Shown: positions 9,039 to 18,599, counted from the first letter of the stretch. The stretch: 64,000 bases of DNA from Clostridia bacterium (GCA_017456145.1 JAFTJZ010000091.1:18519-82518); one strand, 5' to 3'. Notes: generated from the letters alone by a model not told the origin. Program-made: numbers and translations.

Positions 9039-10451
9039 ATGGAATACATGGACGTCAAACGTGCGGCAGAGGTCTGGTTGTTATCCGAACGCAGGATCAC
9101 TGCCTTATGTCGCAACGGTCGGATCGTGGGTGCCAAGAAAAGCGGAAAAACATGGATGATCCCCGATGACACCAAAAAGCCCTTAGATGGACGGACACGC
9201 GAATATGCAAGCGCGAACGAGCAGGACGCATCCGTTGCGCATACAACAACGCGATACACCACCGAGGGCGCGACGGGCAAGGTAGTCGATGCTTTTGAAA
9301 ATACATATTTACGCGCCCCCGAGCACGTTGCCTTCACGCCCTACCGCATCTGCCCGATCGGTGCGCATTCCGATCACAACTTGGGCAAGATCACAGGCTT
9401 TGCCATCAATAAGGGCATCCATATCGCCTACGGTCCCAAGCAAAACGGCGTGATTGAGATCGCCTCGTTGCAGTTCCCCAAGCGGGCACAGTGGCACGTT
9501 GCCTCCACGCCCTCGGTCAAGCAGGACGACTGGGCAGACCATCTGCGCGGCGCAACCATCGCGCTCAACAAGCGTTATCCGCTGCGCACGGGGCTTTGCG
9601 CCATCGTGGACGGCGAGCTGCCCATCGGTGGCCTTTCCTCCTCGGCGGCGGTCATCATCACCTTCCTCTCCGCCCTCTCCCACATGAACGGCATCAAGTT
9701 GACCGAGCGAGAGCTGATCGACATTTCGATGGAGGCAGAAAACCAATACGTCGGCGTTTCCTGCGGCAAGCTGGATCAATCCTGCGAGGTTTACTGCCGC
9801 AAAGGACATCTGCTTTATCTTGACACCAAAGACGACACTTATGAGCTGATCCCCCAGCATCCGAGCATGAAACCCTACAAAATTGCCATTTTCTTCTCGG
9901 GTATCGAGCGCACGCTGGCGGGTTCCGCCTTCAATATGCGTGTAGATGAGGCGCGCAGCGCGGCCTACGCACTCAAGGCGTTGGCCGGCCTTCCTTACGG
10001 CAAGTTCAATGAGACCAATCTGCGCGACGTTCCCCGTGAGATCTTTGAGCAGTATAAGGACAAGTTGCCAAAAAGTTGGGCAAAGCGCGCCGAGCACTGG
10101 TACACCGAATTTGACCGCGTGCAAAAGGGGGCTGAGGCGTGGCGCAGAGGCGACATTGAGGCCTATGGTAAGCTGTCCTTTGAAAGCGGCCGTTCCTCGA
10201 TCTACAACTGGGAGACCGGCTCGCCCGAGCTCAAAAAGCTGTATGATATCATGACCGAGACCGACGGCATCTACGGCGGCCGTTTCTCTGGCGCGGGCTT
10301 TAAGGGCTGCTGCATGGCGTTGATCGATCCCGCCTATGAAGATGCGATCAAGGAGAAGGTCACCCGCGAATACCTCGCCGCCTTCCCGCATCTTGAGGGC
10401 AAATACTCCGTTCACATCTGCGAGAGCGCGGACGGCGTGAAATTGATTTGA
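9039..10451 (+). CDS. GHMP sugar kinase (galacturonokinase-like) with N-terminal HTH_17-like DNA-binding domain
   Basis: PYRICPIGAHSDH, GGLSSSAA, GKLDQ, GRFSGAGFKGC; N-terminal AAEVWLLSERRITALCRNGRI..A.K.GKTWMIP; AAGGAG RBS before ATG 9039. Confidence 0.85.
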   Translation: MEYMDVKRAAEVWLLSERRITALCRNGRIVGAKKSGKTWMIPDDTKKPLDGRTREYASANEQDASVAHTTTRYTTEGATGKVVDAFENTYLRAPEHVAFTPYRICPIGAHSDHNLGKITGFAINKGIHIAYGPKQNGVIEIASLQFPKRAQWHVASTPSVKQDDWADHLRGATIALNKRYPLRTGLCAIVDGELPIGGLSSSAAVIITFLSALSHMNGIKLTERELIDISMEAENQYVGVSCGKLDQSCEVYCRKGHLLYLDTKDDTYELIPQHPSMKPYKIAIFFSGIERTLAGSAFNMRVDEARSAAYALKALAGLPYGKFNETNLRDVPREIFEQYKDKLPKSWAKRAEHWYTEFDRVQKGAEAWRRGDIEAYGKLSFESGRSSIYNWETGSPELKKLYDIMTETDGIYGGRFSGAGFKGCCMALIDPAYEDAIKEKVTREYLAAFPHLEGKYSVHICESADGVKLI

Positions 10452-10452
10452 C

Positions 10453-10614
10453 GCAGGGCTCTGCCCTGCACCCGCCAAAGAACCTTTTGAAAAAGGTTCT
10501 TTGGAATCTCCAAAACCTTTCAAAAAGGGGTTTTGCGTTCTATGGTTTATTTGATAAAAATTTATAAAAGTTCTTGAAGGGTCAAGGGAAACTTCTTTCA
10601 AGAAGTTTCCCTTG
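10453..10614. repeat. REP/REPIN-like palindromic doublet, copy A
   Basis: GCAGGGCTCTGCCCTGC hairpin, CCAAAGAACCTTTT-GAA-AAAGGTTCTTTGG-type hairpin, CAAAACCTT...AAGTTCTTGAAGG, CAAGGGAAACTTCTT-TC-AAGAAGTTTCCCTTG hairpin. Confidence 0.85.
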
Positions 10615-10625
10615 AAAAAATAACT

Positions 10626-11363
10626 ATGAAATGTTTAATTTTAGCAGCGGGATACGCGACGCGTCTTTACCCGCTGACCGAAAATTTTCCTAAGCCCTTG
10701 CTTGAGGTTGGGGGAAAGACCATTCTGGATTGGTTGATCGACGACATTGACACGCTGGGTGCGGTCGACGAGTACGTTGTCATTTCCAATCACAAGTTCG
10801 CACATCATTTCGACGCGTGGGCTGCTAAAAAGCCCCAGAAGGTCACCGTCGTGGACGACGGCACAAGCAGCAATGAGACTCGCCTTGGCGCGGTACGCGA
10901 CATTCAGTTTGCCATCGACCGTCTGGGCTTGGATGAGGAGGTTCTGGTCATTGCGGGGGATAATCTGTTGGATTTCTCCCTGACCGAATTTATCCAATAT
11001 GCCAAGCGAAAGCAGGCATCTGCCATTATGCGATATTATGAGCCGCGCCTGCAAAAGCTGGTCAAGTGCGGTGTGGTCACAGTAGACCAAGACGATAAGA
11101 TTCTCGAAATGACCGAAAAATCTCCCACACCTGCGACCAACTGGTGCTGCACGCCCTTTTATTATTTTACCAAGGAGGATGCGCGTCTGATCAGTAAGGG
11201 GATCGAGGCAGGCTGCGGTGTGGACGCCCCCGGCAACTACATTGTCTGGCTCTGTCAGCAGACACCTGTCTACGCCATGCAGATCCCCGGGAAGAGATAC
11301 GATATCGGAGATCTCGAAAGCTATGAAAAGGTACAAAAGGAGTATAGAGGAATCATATGTTGA
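10626..11363 (+). CDS. Sugar-1-phosphate nucleotidyltransferase
   Basis: LILAAGYATRLYPLT..PKPLL, VIAGDN, RYDIG. Confidence 0.9.
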   Translation: MKCLILAAGYATRLYPLTENFPKPLLEVGGKTILDWLIDDIDTLGAVDEYVVISNHKFAHHFDAWAAKKPQKVTVVDDGTSSNETRLGAVRDIQFAIDRLGLDEEVLVIAGDNLLDFSLTEFIQYAKRKQASAIMRYYEPRLQKLVKCGVVTVDQDDKILEMTEKSPTPATNWCCTPFYYFTKEDARLISKGIEAGCGVDAPGNYIVWLCQQTPVYAMQIPGKRYDIGDLESYEKVQKEYRGIIC

Positions 11364-12430
11364 CACCCAATATTGATTTGAAAAACAAAACCGTTCTGGT
11401 CACCGGCGCGGCCGGCTTTATCGGCTCAAACTTGGTCATGGAGCTGCTGCGCACCGTGCAGAGTATCAAGATCGTCGGACTTGACAATATGAACGATTAT
11501 TACGACGTTTCGATCAAGGACTATCGCCTTGGCGAGATTGATAAGCTGGCTGCCGAGCACCCCGATTGTTCTTGGACGTTCGTCAAGGGGAACCTTGCCG
11601 ATCGCGCGCTGATCGACCGTCTGTTTGAGGAATACAGCTTTGCTGTCGTCGTCAATTTAGCAGCACAGGCGGGCGTGCGCTATTCCATTACCAATCCCGA
11701 CGTCTATATTGAGAGTAACATCATCGGCTTTTACAATATCCTTGAGGCTTGCCGTAACCACCCGGTCGAGCATCTGGTTTACGCCTCCTCCTCATCGGTT
11801 TACGGCACCAACAAGAAGATTCCCTACTCTACCGACGATAAAGTCGACAATCCTGTCAGCCTTTACGCCGCAACCAAAAAGTCCAATGAGCTGATGGCGC
11901 ACTCCTACTCCAAGCTCTATAACATTCCCTCCACGGGCTTGCGTTTCTTCACGGTCTACGGTCCCGCAGGCCGCCCCGACATGGCCTACTTCGGCTTTAC
12001 CAACAAGCTGCGCAAGGGTCAGACCATCGAGATCTTCAACTTCGGCAATTGCAAGCGCGATTTCACCTATGTGGATGATATCGTCACAGGAGTCAAGCAC
12101 GTCATGCAGAACGCCCCCGAAAAGCAGAACGGCGAGGACGGTCTGCCACTGCCTCCTTATCGCGTCTACAACATCGGCAACAACAATCCCGAAAACCTTT
12201 TGGATTTCGTAACCATTCTGCAAGAGGAGCTGATCCGCGCCGAGGTGTTGCCTGCCGACTACGACTTTGAGGCGCATAAAAAGCTGGTTCCCATGCAGCC
12301 CGGCGACGTGCCGATCACCTACGCCGACACCTCGGCGCTGGAGCGCGATTTCGGTTTTAAGCCCTCCACCTCGCTGCGCGACGGACTTCGCCGCTTTGCC
12401 GAGTGGTATAAACAATTTTATCGGGTATAA
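11357..12430 (+). CDS. NAD-dependent epimerase (UDP-glucuronate 4-epimerase-like)
   Basis: TGAAGFIG, NLAAQAGVRYS, YAATK, RFFTVYGPAGRPDMA. Confidence 0.9.
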   Translation: MLTPNIDLKNKTVLVTGAAGFIGSNLVMELLRTVQSIKIVGLDNMNDYYDVSIKDYRLGEIDKLAAEHPDCSWTFVKGNLADRALIDRLFEEYSFAVVVNLAAQAGVRYSITNPDVYIESNIIGFYNILEACRNHPVEHLVYASSSSVYGTNKKIPYSTDDKVDNPVSLYAATKKSNELMAHSYSKLYNIPSTGLRFFTVYGPAGRPDMAYFGFTNKLRKGQTIEIFNFGNCKRDFTYVDDIVTGVKHVMQNAPEKQNGEDGLPLPPYRVYNIGNNNPENLLDFVTILQEELIRAEVLPADYDFEAHKKLVPMQPGDVPITYADTSALERDFGFKPSTSLRDGLRRFAEWYKQFYRV

Positions 12431-12634
12431 CTTACCACCCCTTACACAAAACTAAATATATTGCATTACGCAGTTGCCATAGGAGACACCATAGGGACTG
12501 TCGCTTGCAACCTCATAACGCCGTGCGCGGCATCAAAGACAGATGCCGTCGCTCCGCAAACATATCAAATCATGAAAGGCACGGAGAGACGTGTTCCGAC
12601 GATGCGTCCCACGTCTCCCCATCAGGTATTATGT

Positions 12635-13819
12635 ATGAAGATTGCAGTCGCAGGAACCGGCTATGTCGGTCTTTCTATGGCAATTTTGTTATCGCAACAC
12701 CATAACGTCACCACCGTTGACATCGTCGAAGAAAAGGTAAAGATGATCAACGCAAGAAAATCCCCGATCGCAGACCGCGAAATCGAGGAATATCTTTCCA
12801 CCAAGGAATTGGATCTGAGCGCCACCACCGACGGCACTGCCGCATATCGGGATGCCGAGATGGTCATCATTTCCACCCCGACCAACTACGATCCCTCCAA
12901 GAATTATTTTGACACCTCCAGTGTAGAGAGCGTCATCGCGCAGGTCATCGAGGTCAATCCCGACGCCGTCATGATCATCAAATCCACCGTCCCCGTCGGC
13001 TTTACCGAAAAGGCACGGGCTGATTTTTGCTGCGATAACATTCTCTTCAGCCCCGAATTTCTACGCGAGGGACGAGCGCTTTATGACAATCTCTACCCCA
13101 GCCGTATCATTGTCGGCGTTCCCGTTGGCAACAAACGGCTGGAAAAGGCTGCACAGACCTTTGCCGCACTGCTCAGGGAGGGAGCCGTCAAGGAGGACAT
13201 CGAGGTCCGATATATGAACCCGACCGAGGCAGAGGCAGTCAAGCTGTTCGCCAACACCTATTTGGCACTGCGCGTTTCCTTTTTCAATGAGCTGGACACT
13301 TACGCTGCCGTGCGCGGGCTTGACACCAAGTCCATCATAGAGGGCGTCGGGCTGGATCCCCGCATCGGTACGCATTACAACAATCCCTCCTTCGGCTACG
13401 GCGGTTATTGTCTCCCCAAGGACACCAAGCAGCTGCTCGCCAATTACAACGACGTGCCGCAGAATATCATCTCCGCCATCGTAGCCGCCAACGGTACTCG
13501 CAAGGATTTTATCGCAGATCAGATCATCGCCAAGCACCCTAAAACGGTCGGCATTTATCGTCTGACCATGAAGGCGGGCAGCGATAACTTCCGCCAGTCC
13601 TCTATCCAAGGCGTTATGAAACGCATCAAAGCCAAGGGCATCGAGGTCATCATCTACGAGCCTACCATGCGTGACTCCGCCTTTTTCAACAGCCGCGTCG
13701 TCCGCGATCTTGCCGTCTTCAAGCAGAGCGCCGATGTCATCCTTGCCAACCGTTATCACGACGACCTTGCCGATGTGTTGGATAAGGTATATACCAGAGA
13801 TCTGTATTTCAGAGATTGA
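12635..13819 (+). CDS. ugd: UDP-glucose 6-dehydrogenase
   Basis: [47 protein letters not shown]. Confidence 0.95.
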   Translation: MKIAVAGTGYVGLSMAILLSQHHNVTTVDIVEEKVKMINARKSPIADREIEEYLSTKELDLSATTDGTAAYRDAEMVIISTPTNYDPSKNYFDTSSVESVIAQVIEVNPDAVMIIKSTVPVGFTEKARADFCCDNILFSPEFLREGRALYDNLYPSRIIVGVPVGNKRLEKAAQTFAALLREGAVKEDIEVRYMNPTEAEAVKLFANTYLALRVSFFNELDTYAAVRGLDTKSIIEGVGLDPRIGTHYNNPSFGYGGYCLPKDTKQLLANYNDVPQNIISAIVAANGTRKDFIADQIIAKHPKTVGIYRLTMKAGSDNFRQSSIQGVMKRIKAKGIEVIIYEPTMRDSAFFNSRVVRDLAVFKQSADVILANRYHDDLADVLDKVYTRDLYFRD

Positions 13820-13956
13820 CGCATATGCAAAGCCCACCGATATTTTGATCTGCGAACGGCGCGTGTCACGTTGCGTTGCGCAAATGTAACACGCTGGTGG
13901 TTGATTTATTCTGTCTTTTCTGATACAATAGTCTCACATCAGCTCTGAAAGGATGG

Positions 13957-14430
13957 ATGATCATGACCTTCTCCGAAAAAATTTTATCCTGTCGCAAAAA
14001 AGCAGGCTTATCTCAAGAGGCACTGGCGGAACGACTCGGCGTTTCCCGACAGGCAATCTCCCGCTGGGAAATGGGCAATACGATCCCCGATGCGGAAAAT
14101 CTTTTGCAGCTATCCCAACTGTTTGGCGTTTCGGTGGATTATCTGCTCCACGACGAACAAGGACAGGAGCCGAGCGTACCAAGTACGCTGAATCCATCGT
14201 CGTATGCCATGTCCCCCGCGCCGCCTGCCGCAGGTCGTGGGCTTTTACTCTTTGCTGTCGTAACGGCGATTCTCTTTGCGATTCTCTCGCTGATCCTCTC
14301 GCTGCGAAACAGACGGATCGCCGCCGCTCTGCACAGAAAATATTCGGCTGCCTACGCCGCGACCCTGATCGGACTCTGGAAATATATCACAGGCACGGTC
14401 GCCTTGCTGTTCTTTCTGATGCTGATCTGA
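13957..14430 (+). CDS. XRE-family HTH regulator with two C-terminal transmembrane segments
   Basis: GLSQEALAERLGVSRQAISRWE; two hydrophobic stretches. Confidence 0.85.
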   Translation: MIMTFSEKILSCRKKAGLSQEALAERLGVSRQAISRWEMGNTIPDAENLLQLSQLFGVSVDYLLHDEQGQEPSVPSTLNPSSYAMSPAPPAAGRGLLLFAVVTAILFAILSLILSLRNRRIAAALHRKYSAAYAATLIGLWKYITGTVALLFFLMLI

Positions 14431-14451
14431 CCATACTTGCCTATCATAAGC

Positions 14452-14488
14452 AAAACACCACCTCCGACACAGGAAAGTGGTGTTTTTT
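14452..14488 (+). terminator. Intrinsic terminator
   Basis: AAAACACCAC...GTGGTGTTTTTT stem-loop with U-tract. Confidence 0.65.
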
Positions 14489-14850
14489 GTATGCCGCTTT
14501 ATCCGCTTGCGGCAGTGTGTAATCGGCGCAAAGAGCGCCGATGTGGCAGCGATGACGGGCGTGCCGAGCATCCCCTCCACACCGCTTTCACCAAAAGCAT
14601 CTGCCCATGCATCGGATGCCCCGGCACAAGGCTTGAGGCTTATCCCGCTCTCGATGGAGATCCGACAGATCCGTCGCACTGCAACCGTGCCCCCAAGCAT
14701 GACCGCGCTCCATTTGGGTGATCATTTTAAGGCAAAACGAAGATTATCCTCCGCAAATGCAAAAAATACGTTAAAGCTCCCAATTATTTAACATAATAAT
14801 AGCAGATCCCAATGATGCTTGGAGCTTGGTTGCATGAAAGGATGGCAAAA

Positions 14851-15009
14851 ATGAACGAAAAAGCAAAAAAACTATCCCCCGTTCGCGTTTGTGAGGATAT
14901 TTGGTTATATTATTTCAATCAGTATCTGTTTGGCAAGGGGTTGATCACTGAACAAGAGTATAACCGCATGACCGCCATGATCGCGTCCGGCAAGAGGCCG
15001 AAGTGGTAA
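14851..15009 (+). CDS. Small SHOCT-like protein upstream of the recombinase (candidate accessory/directionality factor)
   Basis: LYYFNQYLFGKGLITEQEYNRM (GxITxxEY motif); AAAGGA RBS 8 nt before ATG 14851. Confidence 0.65.
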   Translation: MNEKAKKLSPVRVCEDIWLYYFNQYLFGKGLITEQEYNRMTAMIASGKRPKW

Positions 15010-15115
15010 CAGAAGGGCTTTATCGCATTAGCAAAGGCGCGAACGCCTGCCCTTCCTTTTCGATCCATGGGGATGATGTCAAATCCTGCTCTATTCTAAA
15101 ATATCCGTTCCCCTC

Positions 15116-15168
15116 TTGCAATATCGTTTCGTTTGTGATATAATAGAGGATATTGATCATGATATTGC
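15116..15168 (+). promoter_or_regulatory. Sigma-A promoter of the recombinase, overlapped by inverted GCAATATC/GATATTGC boxes
   Basis: TTGCAA-17-TATAAT (15116-15144); boxes at 15118-15125, 15149-15156, 15161-15168. Confidence 0.7.
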
Positions 15169-15196
15169 GAACTTATTGATGATCGGAGGTATTCAG

Positions 15197-16870
15197 ATGG
15201 ATCTTTTAAGCATTCGCGCGCTGCTGCGCACCAAGTCGATCTACGAGACACCGTTGCGGGTGACCTATTACGCGCGGGTATCGTCCGAGAGCGACGAGCA
15301 GCTCAATTCACTGAGCAATCAGGTGGCATACTACAGCAATTTCATCAAGGAAAAGAAGGCATGGGAATACGTGGAGGGCTACATCGACGAGGGCATTTCG
15401 GGCATCTCGACCAAAAAGCGCGATGCCTTCAACCGCATGATCGCCGACGCGCAGGAGGACAAATTCGACCTGATCATCACCAAGGAGATCTCACGCTTTG
15501 CCCGCAACACACTGGATTCCATCAAATTCACCCGCGACCTGCTCGCCTGCGACGTCGGGGTGCTGTTTCAGAACGACGGGCTTTGCACCTTTGACGAGGA
15601 CAGTGAGCTGCGGTTATCCATCATGTCCTCCATCGCGCAGGACGAGCTGCGCAAGCTCTCCTCGCGCGTCAAATTCGGGCATCAGCAGGCGATCAGATCC
15701 CACGTGGTGCTGGGCAACAGCCGCATCTTCGGCTATCGCAAGGACAACAAGCATTTGGTGATCGATTCGGAGGAGGCGGTCATGGTGCGCGAGCTGTACG
15801 AGCTATATGCCACCGATCAGTACAGCATGAAACAGATCGAGACCATCTTCTGGGAGCGCGGCTACCGCAATCACAACGGAAAAAGGATCGCCCACACAAC
15901 CATGTCAGGTATGATCTCCAACCCGAAATACAAGGGCTACTATGTCGGTAACAAGGTCAAGGTGGTGGATATGTTCACCAAAAAGCAAAAGTTTCTGCCA
16001 CCCGAGGAGTGGGTCATGTTCAAGGATGAGACGGGCGAGCTCGTTCCCGCCATCGTCACAGAGGAGCTGTGGGATGCGGCGAACGCCATTTTGCGCCGCA
16101 GGAGCGAGGATGTCAAGAACCGACAGGGTGTGTGCAATCACGCCAATCTTTTGACGGGTAAGATGTACTGCGCGGCGTGTGGTGCGGCCTATTATCGGCG
16201 CGAGTCCAGGAGCCGCGTGACAGGCGCGGTCAACTCCAAATGGGTCTGCTCGGGCAAGATCAAGGGCGGCGCCGATTCCTGCCCCTCCTTTCCCATCTAC
16301 GAGGACGAGATCAAGCCGATTCTTTATGAGGCATTTCGGGAAACCGAGGCAGACGTTGAGGCGATCATCCGTCAATATACTGAGATGTTCCGTGAGATCG
16401 CAAGCGCGGACGACATCGGAGAACAGATCGCGAGTGCCAAAGCACGATTGGAGATCATTCAGAAAAAGAAGAACAAGCTGCTGGAGTACAATGTGACAGG
16501 GCAGATATCCGACCGCGAATACATGGAGATGAGCCGCGCCTGTGAGCGGGAGAGAGCCGAGCAGGAGGAGACGCTGCATGAGCTTGAGGAGCAGCTGCTC
16601 TCGCAGGACGAGTTCCGCAAACGCATGAACGACATTGAAAATGCCCTCCGCACAGCGCAAGCCGAGGCGACGACGGGATTGATCACTCCCGAATTTGTCA
16701 ACAAGTATATCGACAAGATCGTTGTCACGCCCGTGGACGAGGCTACGGCACAGCTGACCATCCGCATCTTTACGGGAGAGACCACCGAAAAGTATCTGCA
16801 AAAGCTTGAAAGTCGTGCGGGACACACGTTCAAGAAGATGGTTGAGTCCTACGAGAACTCCATCAAATAA
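15197..16870 (+). CDS. Large serine recombinase (resolvase + recombinase + zinc ribbon + coiled coil) with SASP-like terminal 12 aa
   Basis: YARVSS catalytic Ser, DEGISG, KEISRFARN, FGY, CAACG...WVC...C zinc ribbon; GGAGGT RBS. Confidence 0.95.
   Translation: MDLLSIRALLRTKSIYETPLRVTYYARVSSESDEQLNSLSNQVAYYSNFIKEKKAWEYVEGYIDEGISGISTKKRDAFNRMIADAQEDKFDLIITKEISRFARNTLDSIKFTRDLLACDVGVLFQNDGLCTFDEDSELRLSIMSSIAQDELRKLSSRVKFGHQQAIRSHVVLGNSRIFGYRKDNKHLVIDSEEAVMVRELYELYATDQYSMKQIETIFWERGYRNHNGKRIAHTTMSGMISNPKYKGYYVGNKVKVVDMFTKKQKFLPPEEWVMFKDETGELVPAIVTEELWDAANAILRRRSEDVKNRQGVCNHANLLTGKMYCAACGAAYYRRESRSRVTGAVNSKWVCSGKIKGGADSCPSFPIYEDEIKPILYEAFRETEADVEAIIRQYTEMFREIASADDIGEQIASAKARLEIIQKKKNKLLEYNVTGQISDREYMEMSRACERERAEQEETLHELEEQLLSQDEFRKRMNDIENALRTAQAEATTGLITPEFVNKYIDKIVVTPVDEATAQLTIRIFTGETTEKYLQKLESRAGHTFKKMVESYENSIK
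16818..16870 (+). mobile_element. Putative att junction plus 3' half of an alpha/beta SASP (ssp) gene fused in frame to the recombinase
   Basis: Tail KKMVESYENSIK* (16832-16870) matches the clostridial SASP C-terminal pattern GGxMV-KKMIExYE. Confidence 0.65.
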
Positions 16871-16961
16871 GTTTCCCCCTCGTCATTGGCCGATCTACCC
16901 TTTGCACTGCGGCGCGTTGACAAAGCCGCGTGTCGGATGGTAATTCTGCCCACCCTCTACG

Positions 16962-16989
16962 GGAGAGAAGGACCTCCCTTCTCTCCTTT
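16962..16989 (+). terminator. Intrinsic terminator after the recombinase/SASP tail
   Basis: GGAGAGAAGG-acctc-CCTTCTCTCC-TTT. Confidence 0.75.
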
Positions 16990-17057
16990 ATGCAGACGGT
17001 GTACATAAAAGCCCGCCGGGAATGCCCAAAAGAGCGTTCCCGACGGACCTTTTTACT

Positions 17058-18599
17058 TTACAGGTAAATATACGCGCCTACCGTTTTGATGGTATTCTCA
17101 TCATAACGGAGCCAGCCGTTTTCAATTGCCTTTTCCAGAACGTAGCCACGCTCGATGGCAGGCGCCTTATCAAACAAGGCAAGGATCTCCTGCTTCAACG
17201 CGCCAAGGCGTTCGGTCAATGTGGCATTGTAGGGCTTTTCTGCATTGCGGTCAAATACAACGACGTTGGGCGTCAACACGCCATCCACCGTTTTCAGGTA
17301 GCCGTATTCCAGCAGACGATCGACGTAAGCACGCTCGCACGCCTCGCCCTTGCCTGCGCAAACCAGCCAAAGGTTGTACGCCTCCGGATAAGAGAGCAGA
17401 TCCGGTGTCAGATCATAAAGACCTTGATAACAAAACTTGAACTGCCCAAAATCAATATTCTGTTTGATCTCAGACTCATCATGCGAAATCCAACCGTGCT
17501 GCCCGACAAAGCTCGGCTTTTCCCAGTCGATGGTTTCATATCCGGTCAGCGTCCATGCGCCGTCACCTGGACGGTCGGGATACTGACAGTTCTCCGGCTC
17601 GCCGCGCTGCTCCGCAGCCGTAAACCGCATCCAGTCGAACAGGCGCATGAGTAGTGTCCACTTGGCGTTGTCATCACCGATGTAGGTGGCGTTGACCTTG
17701 GCACCGTCCTCCGCCAGATAAAGATCCAGCATCTCGCACAGCTTTTTCGTCAGTTCATCCCGCACGGCAAGGTTCGCCTCATGAACCTTTCGCTGCTCCT
17801 CGCGGCTGACGATGTCAAAATTCGTCTGGTAACGATCTCCCTCCTTGCACAAAAGCTGCTCGCGGACAAGAAATTCCAGCTCATCCTCCATGTAAGGCAG
17901 CGCGATGCCAAGCTCCAGCGCAAGCTCCTCTGCCGTTTCGGGGTTCTCATACGTTTCCAAAAAGATATTCTTATAAAGCAGGTGCGTGATGATCGACCAC
18001 GGCTGTCCGCGCTTACCGCTCTTTCCGTTCATGACGAACGCAATCTGCTCCGGTTTGTAGCTTCTGATTCCAAATTCTCTTGCCATATCCATTCCCTCTT
18101 TCAAAATTTTTCTTGCACGCTGCAAACGCTTTTTGACGGTTTCGACTTGGAGCGAAAGTGAGGCTGCGATGTCGCGCATGCTGCGGTTTTCGATGTAATA
18201 AGCGACGACGATGTTGCGATAGTCACTGCGGATGAACGCCAGCTCCCGCCGCAGGAGTGCCATCTGCTCTCCTTGTATCAGCTCATCCGTGACACTCGCT
18301 TGCTCGTCCTCAATCTCATAATCATCAATATCCGCACTGCATAGCATGGCATTATGCTTATGTTTCGCATCTGCCCACGCCGCGTAACGATTGCGCGCGA
18401 TCTGCCAGACCCACGCACCAAAGCTGGTAGGTACCGTACCGCCATGGAGCGCGGTGATGACGTTCAGCGCAATATCCTGCGTCAGGTCCTCTGCTTCACG
18501 CACCTCACCCGTCTTTTTCAGGCAAAAGTAAAACAGCTTTTCCATATAGCTCTCGGCAAATTCGGCGATCAACCGATCCTGCATACATTCCTGCGCCAT
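17058..18599 (-). CDS. ECF-type sigma-70 factor with long C-terminal extension
   Basis: AEDLTQDI, FGAWVWQIARN (region 2), IAASLSLQVETVKKRLQRARKIL (region 4); GGAGGTG RBS. Confidence 0.85.
   Translation of the reverse strand: MAQECMQDRLIAEFAESYMEKLFYFCLKKTGEVREAEDLTQDIALNVITALHGGTVPTSFGAWVWQIARNRYAAWADAKHKHNAMLCSADIDDYEIEDEQASVTDELIQGEQMALLRRELAFIRSDYRNIVVAYYIENRSMRDIAASLSLQVETVKKRLQRARKILKEGMDMAREFGIRSYKPEQIAFVMNGKSGKRGQPWSIITHLLYKNIFLETYENPETAEELALELGIALPYMEDELEFLVREQLLCKEGDRYQTNFDIVSREEQRKVHEANLAVRDELTKKLCEMLDLYLAEDGAKVNATYIGDDNAKWTLLMRLFDWMRFTAAEQRGEPENCQYPDRPGDGAWTLTGYETIDWEKPSFVGQHGWISHDESEIKQNIDFGQFKFCYQGLYDLTPDLLSYPEAYNLWLVCAGKGEACERAYVDRLLEYGYLKTVDGVLTPNVVVFDRNAEKPYNATLTERLGALKQEILALFDKAPAIERGYVLEKAIENGWLRYDENTIKTVGAYIYL

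Noticed and set aside
14444-14725. Cys/His-rich minus-strand frame with an internal TGA at 14588-14590 (possible readthrough or pseudogene)
   Set aside because: No well-spaced RBS, no recognisable family, and it runs through a terminator; insufficient support.
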